A stretch of 64,000 bases of DNA from the NCBI GenBank assembly GCA_951406725.2, contig OX597820.1, forward strand, positions 110,360,001-110,424,000. The letters are read 5' to 3'. Under the pieces are notes generated by a model that had not been told where the DNA came from, did not search any database, and was given only the letters and a program-made list of their open reading frames with translations. The stretch comes from Octopus vulgaris (taxonomy: Eukaryota). The translations under genes and the position numbers were made by a program. Shown in pieces: positions 62,441 through 64,000 of the stretch. Numbering within the stretch: position 1 is the first letter of the stretch; the number at the start of each line of letters is the position of its first letter.

Positions 62441-64000
62441 TAGAATACTAACAGTGAGAATGGTACTGGTAATAGTGGTGGTAGTGGTAATAGTAGTGGT
62501 ACGAGTAATGATTTTATAATGTGATTTCTGTATATGTCACCTTAGTATTGTGCACTAATAATGGAGACACCAATTGTCTCCACTTGATGTATTCCTAAAT
62601 ACTCTGCCAACAACTGTAACCAATCCAAAACAACTCTCAGTGAATTATAAGAACTTTACAACAATTTCCTGCAACTTCACGAACTCACAGACAGCATCTT
62701 TTGACTTCCTGCAATTTCTCATCTCTTGCTCAGTCAAACATGCTGCTACTTATACAAGTTCAGCTAGTCCATTCTCACAGGGTGTGTCATGATATTTGCA
62801 ATAACAAATAACAACAACAACAACAACAATAATAGTAATAATAATAAGTACAATAATAATAGTGACAACAACAATTGTACTAGTTGCAATAATAGGGATA
62901 ACACCATTAGCCATGTCAATAATACCACATTTACCTCCTCTCAAGGGTTAGGAACACCTATATCTACTATCATCAATACTTATGATAAAGGCATAGATAG
63001 TAGTGAAAATAGCATATACTTGGCAAGTGAATCAGATTGATCTAATTTAGCCCATCATATATTTTCTAATTATACTAATTGTAATACACTTAGTAGAAAG
63101 ATTAATGAATCACATATCTTCTAGTGTAACTTCAACATATGGGACAAATGCTCATTACAAGCTCACTGCAAAAGGTCTAACATAGTATTATAAGTGTCAG
63201 TCCTAAATAAGCTCCAAAACTCCACTAAAATTTATATTGGAGCTTTTGTTAATTTTAAACAAAGATACACACCACATTTAAACTCATTTAGACACAAAAA
63301 ACATAGTAAATCAACTTCTCTGGCAGAATACAAACACTAACTTAGGAAAGAAACATACTACACAATATAGCTTGGTCCATCATTCACTCTTGTCCTCTAT
63401 ACCAGGGCCAATGCATGTTGGTTTGTTTGAAAGAGTCTTTGCATATACTGTCCCATAACTCAGCACAATTATTAAAAAAAGCATCACAAGGCATTATGTA
63501 CACAAATTCTTTAAAACATGCAAATTTTACCACAAATACAGATGAAGTAGGATAACTACCCCATATAGCTACCTTCCAATTTATTTTCTTTGATATGTTG
63601 TTCAGATAGGGGATAGGTTCACTTAATTAAATGGTTTATTAACATATCATCACATTTGTTTATTGTATTCATTTATTTTTTCATAGATTTCTTCATAGAT
63701 TCTTTCCCCACTCTTGTCTATTAATTCATAGTTCTACACCTCACCTGGCTTATAGCTTGTGTAATATATACTCAGTTGCAGCAAAATGATTAAATAACTA
63801 ATGTCAAGCATTTTTTTCTAGTGTCCATTGTTCCCTCAGATCTCTTACATTTTACTCCAGGACAGGTCTTAATGTAGTTCACTAGCAAAAAATTTATATT
63901 CATGAATATGTTATTTGGATAAGGTGTAAACTCACTTTAATTTAGGATACTATGTCTACCTCATCATCATATTCCTTTATTTTATCTAATTTATGGAATA

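Larger units (their letters stand above)
58450..63530 (+). mobile_element. Heavily decayed Penelope-like element split by SINE and Dong insertions
   Basis: ADFLNVILDL..YHKP..YIN..SN.H near 58590-58690; KIYIG..SFRHKKHSKSTSLAEY and AWSII near 63230-63385; Asn-rich linker. Confidence 0.55.

Noticed and set aside
62077-63040. Poly-Leu/Ile/Asn ORFs (also at 39981, 41538, 17629)
   Set aside because: Translations of microsatellites.
63535-63575. Hammerhead downstream of the second PLE (CAGAUGA AGUAG..CUAC)
   Set aside because: Position fits but GAAA is missing; too decayed to call.

Overview
Eukaryotic, AT-rich, microsatellite-dense genomic DNA. The repeat families resemble those of a coleoid cephalopod, most likely Octopus; this is my recognition, not a database result. 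There are no prokaryotic-type genes, rRNA, tRNA genes or CRISPR arrays. Most long ORFs in the track are decayed transposon fragments: RTE LINEs, R4/Dong-like and HERO-like RLE LINEs, a Tx1/L1-like LINE, Penelope-like elements (PLEs), four mariners, one internally deleted Ty3/gypsy element and many tRNA-derived SINEs. A few candidate + strand exons of an unidentified host gene are scattered through the window (2776, 16656, possibly 26376, 37942/38016, 44888). The most interesting signals are: (1) nearly every fold-back element carries a type I hammerhead-ribozyme-like motif with a palindromic stem III, including candidate C3-G8 covariants (G3-C8, U3-A8), which suggests a population of small non-coding PLE-derived ribozyme elements; (2) a TSD-flanked 1.4-kb ORF1-only retroposon that shares its 3' tail with the Tx1 LINE it sits in; (3) two RTE insertions with twin-priming 5' inversions; (4) a PLE with a 289-codon low-complexity insert inside the GIY-YIG signature; (5) three local templated duplications; (6) a speculative splice-assembled UGA-CUA stop context in the host gene. 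All structures were read by eye, and boundaries of decayed elements are approximate.
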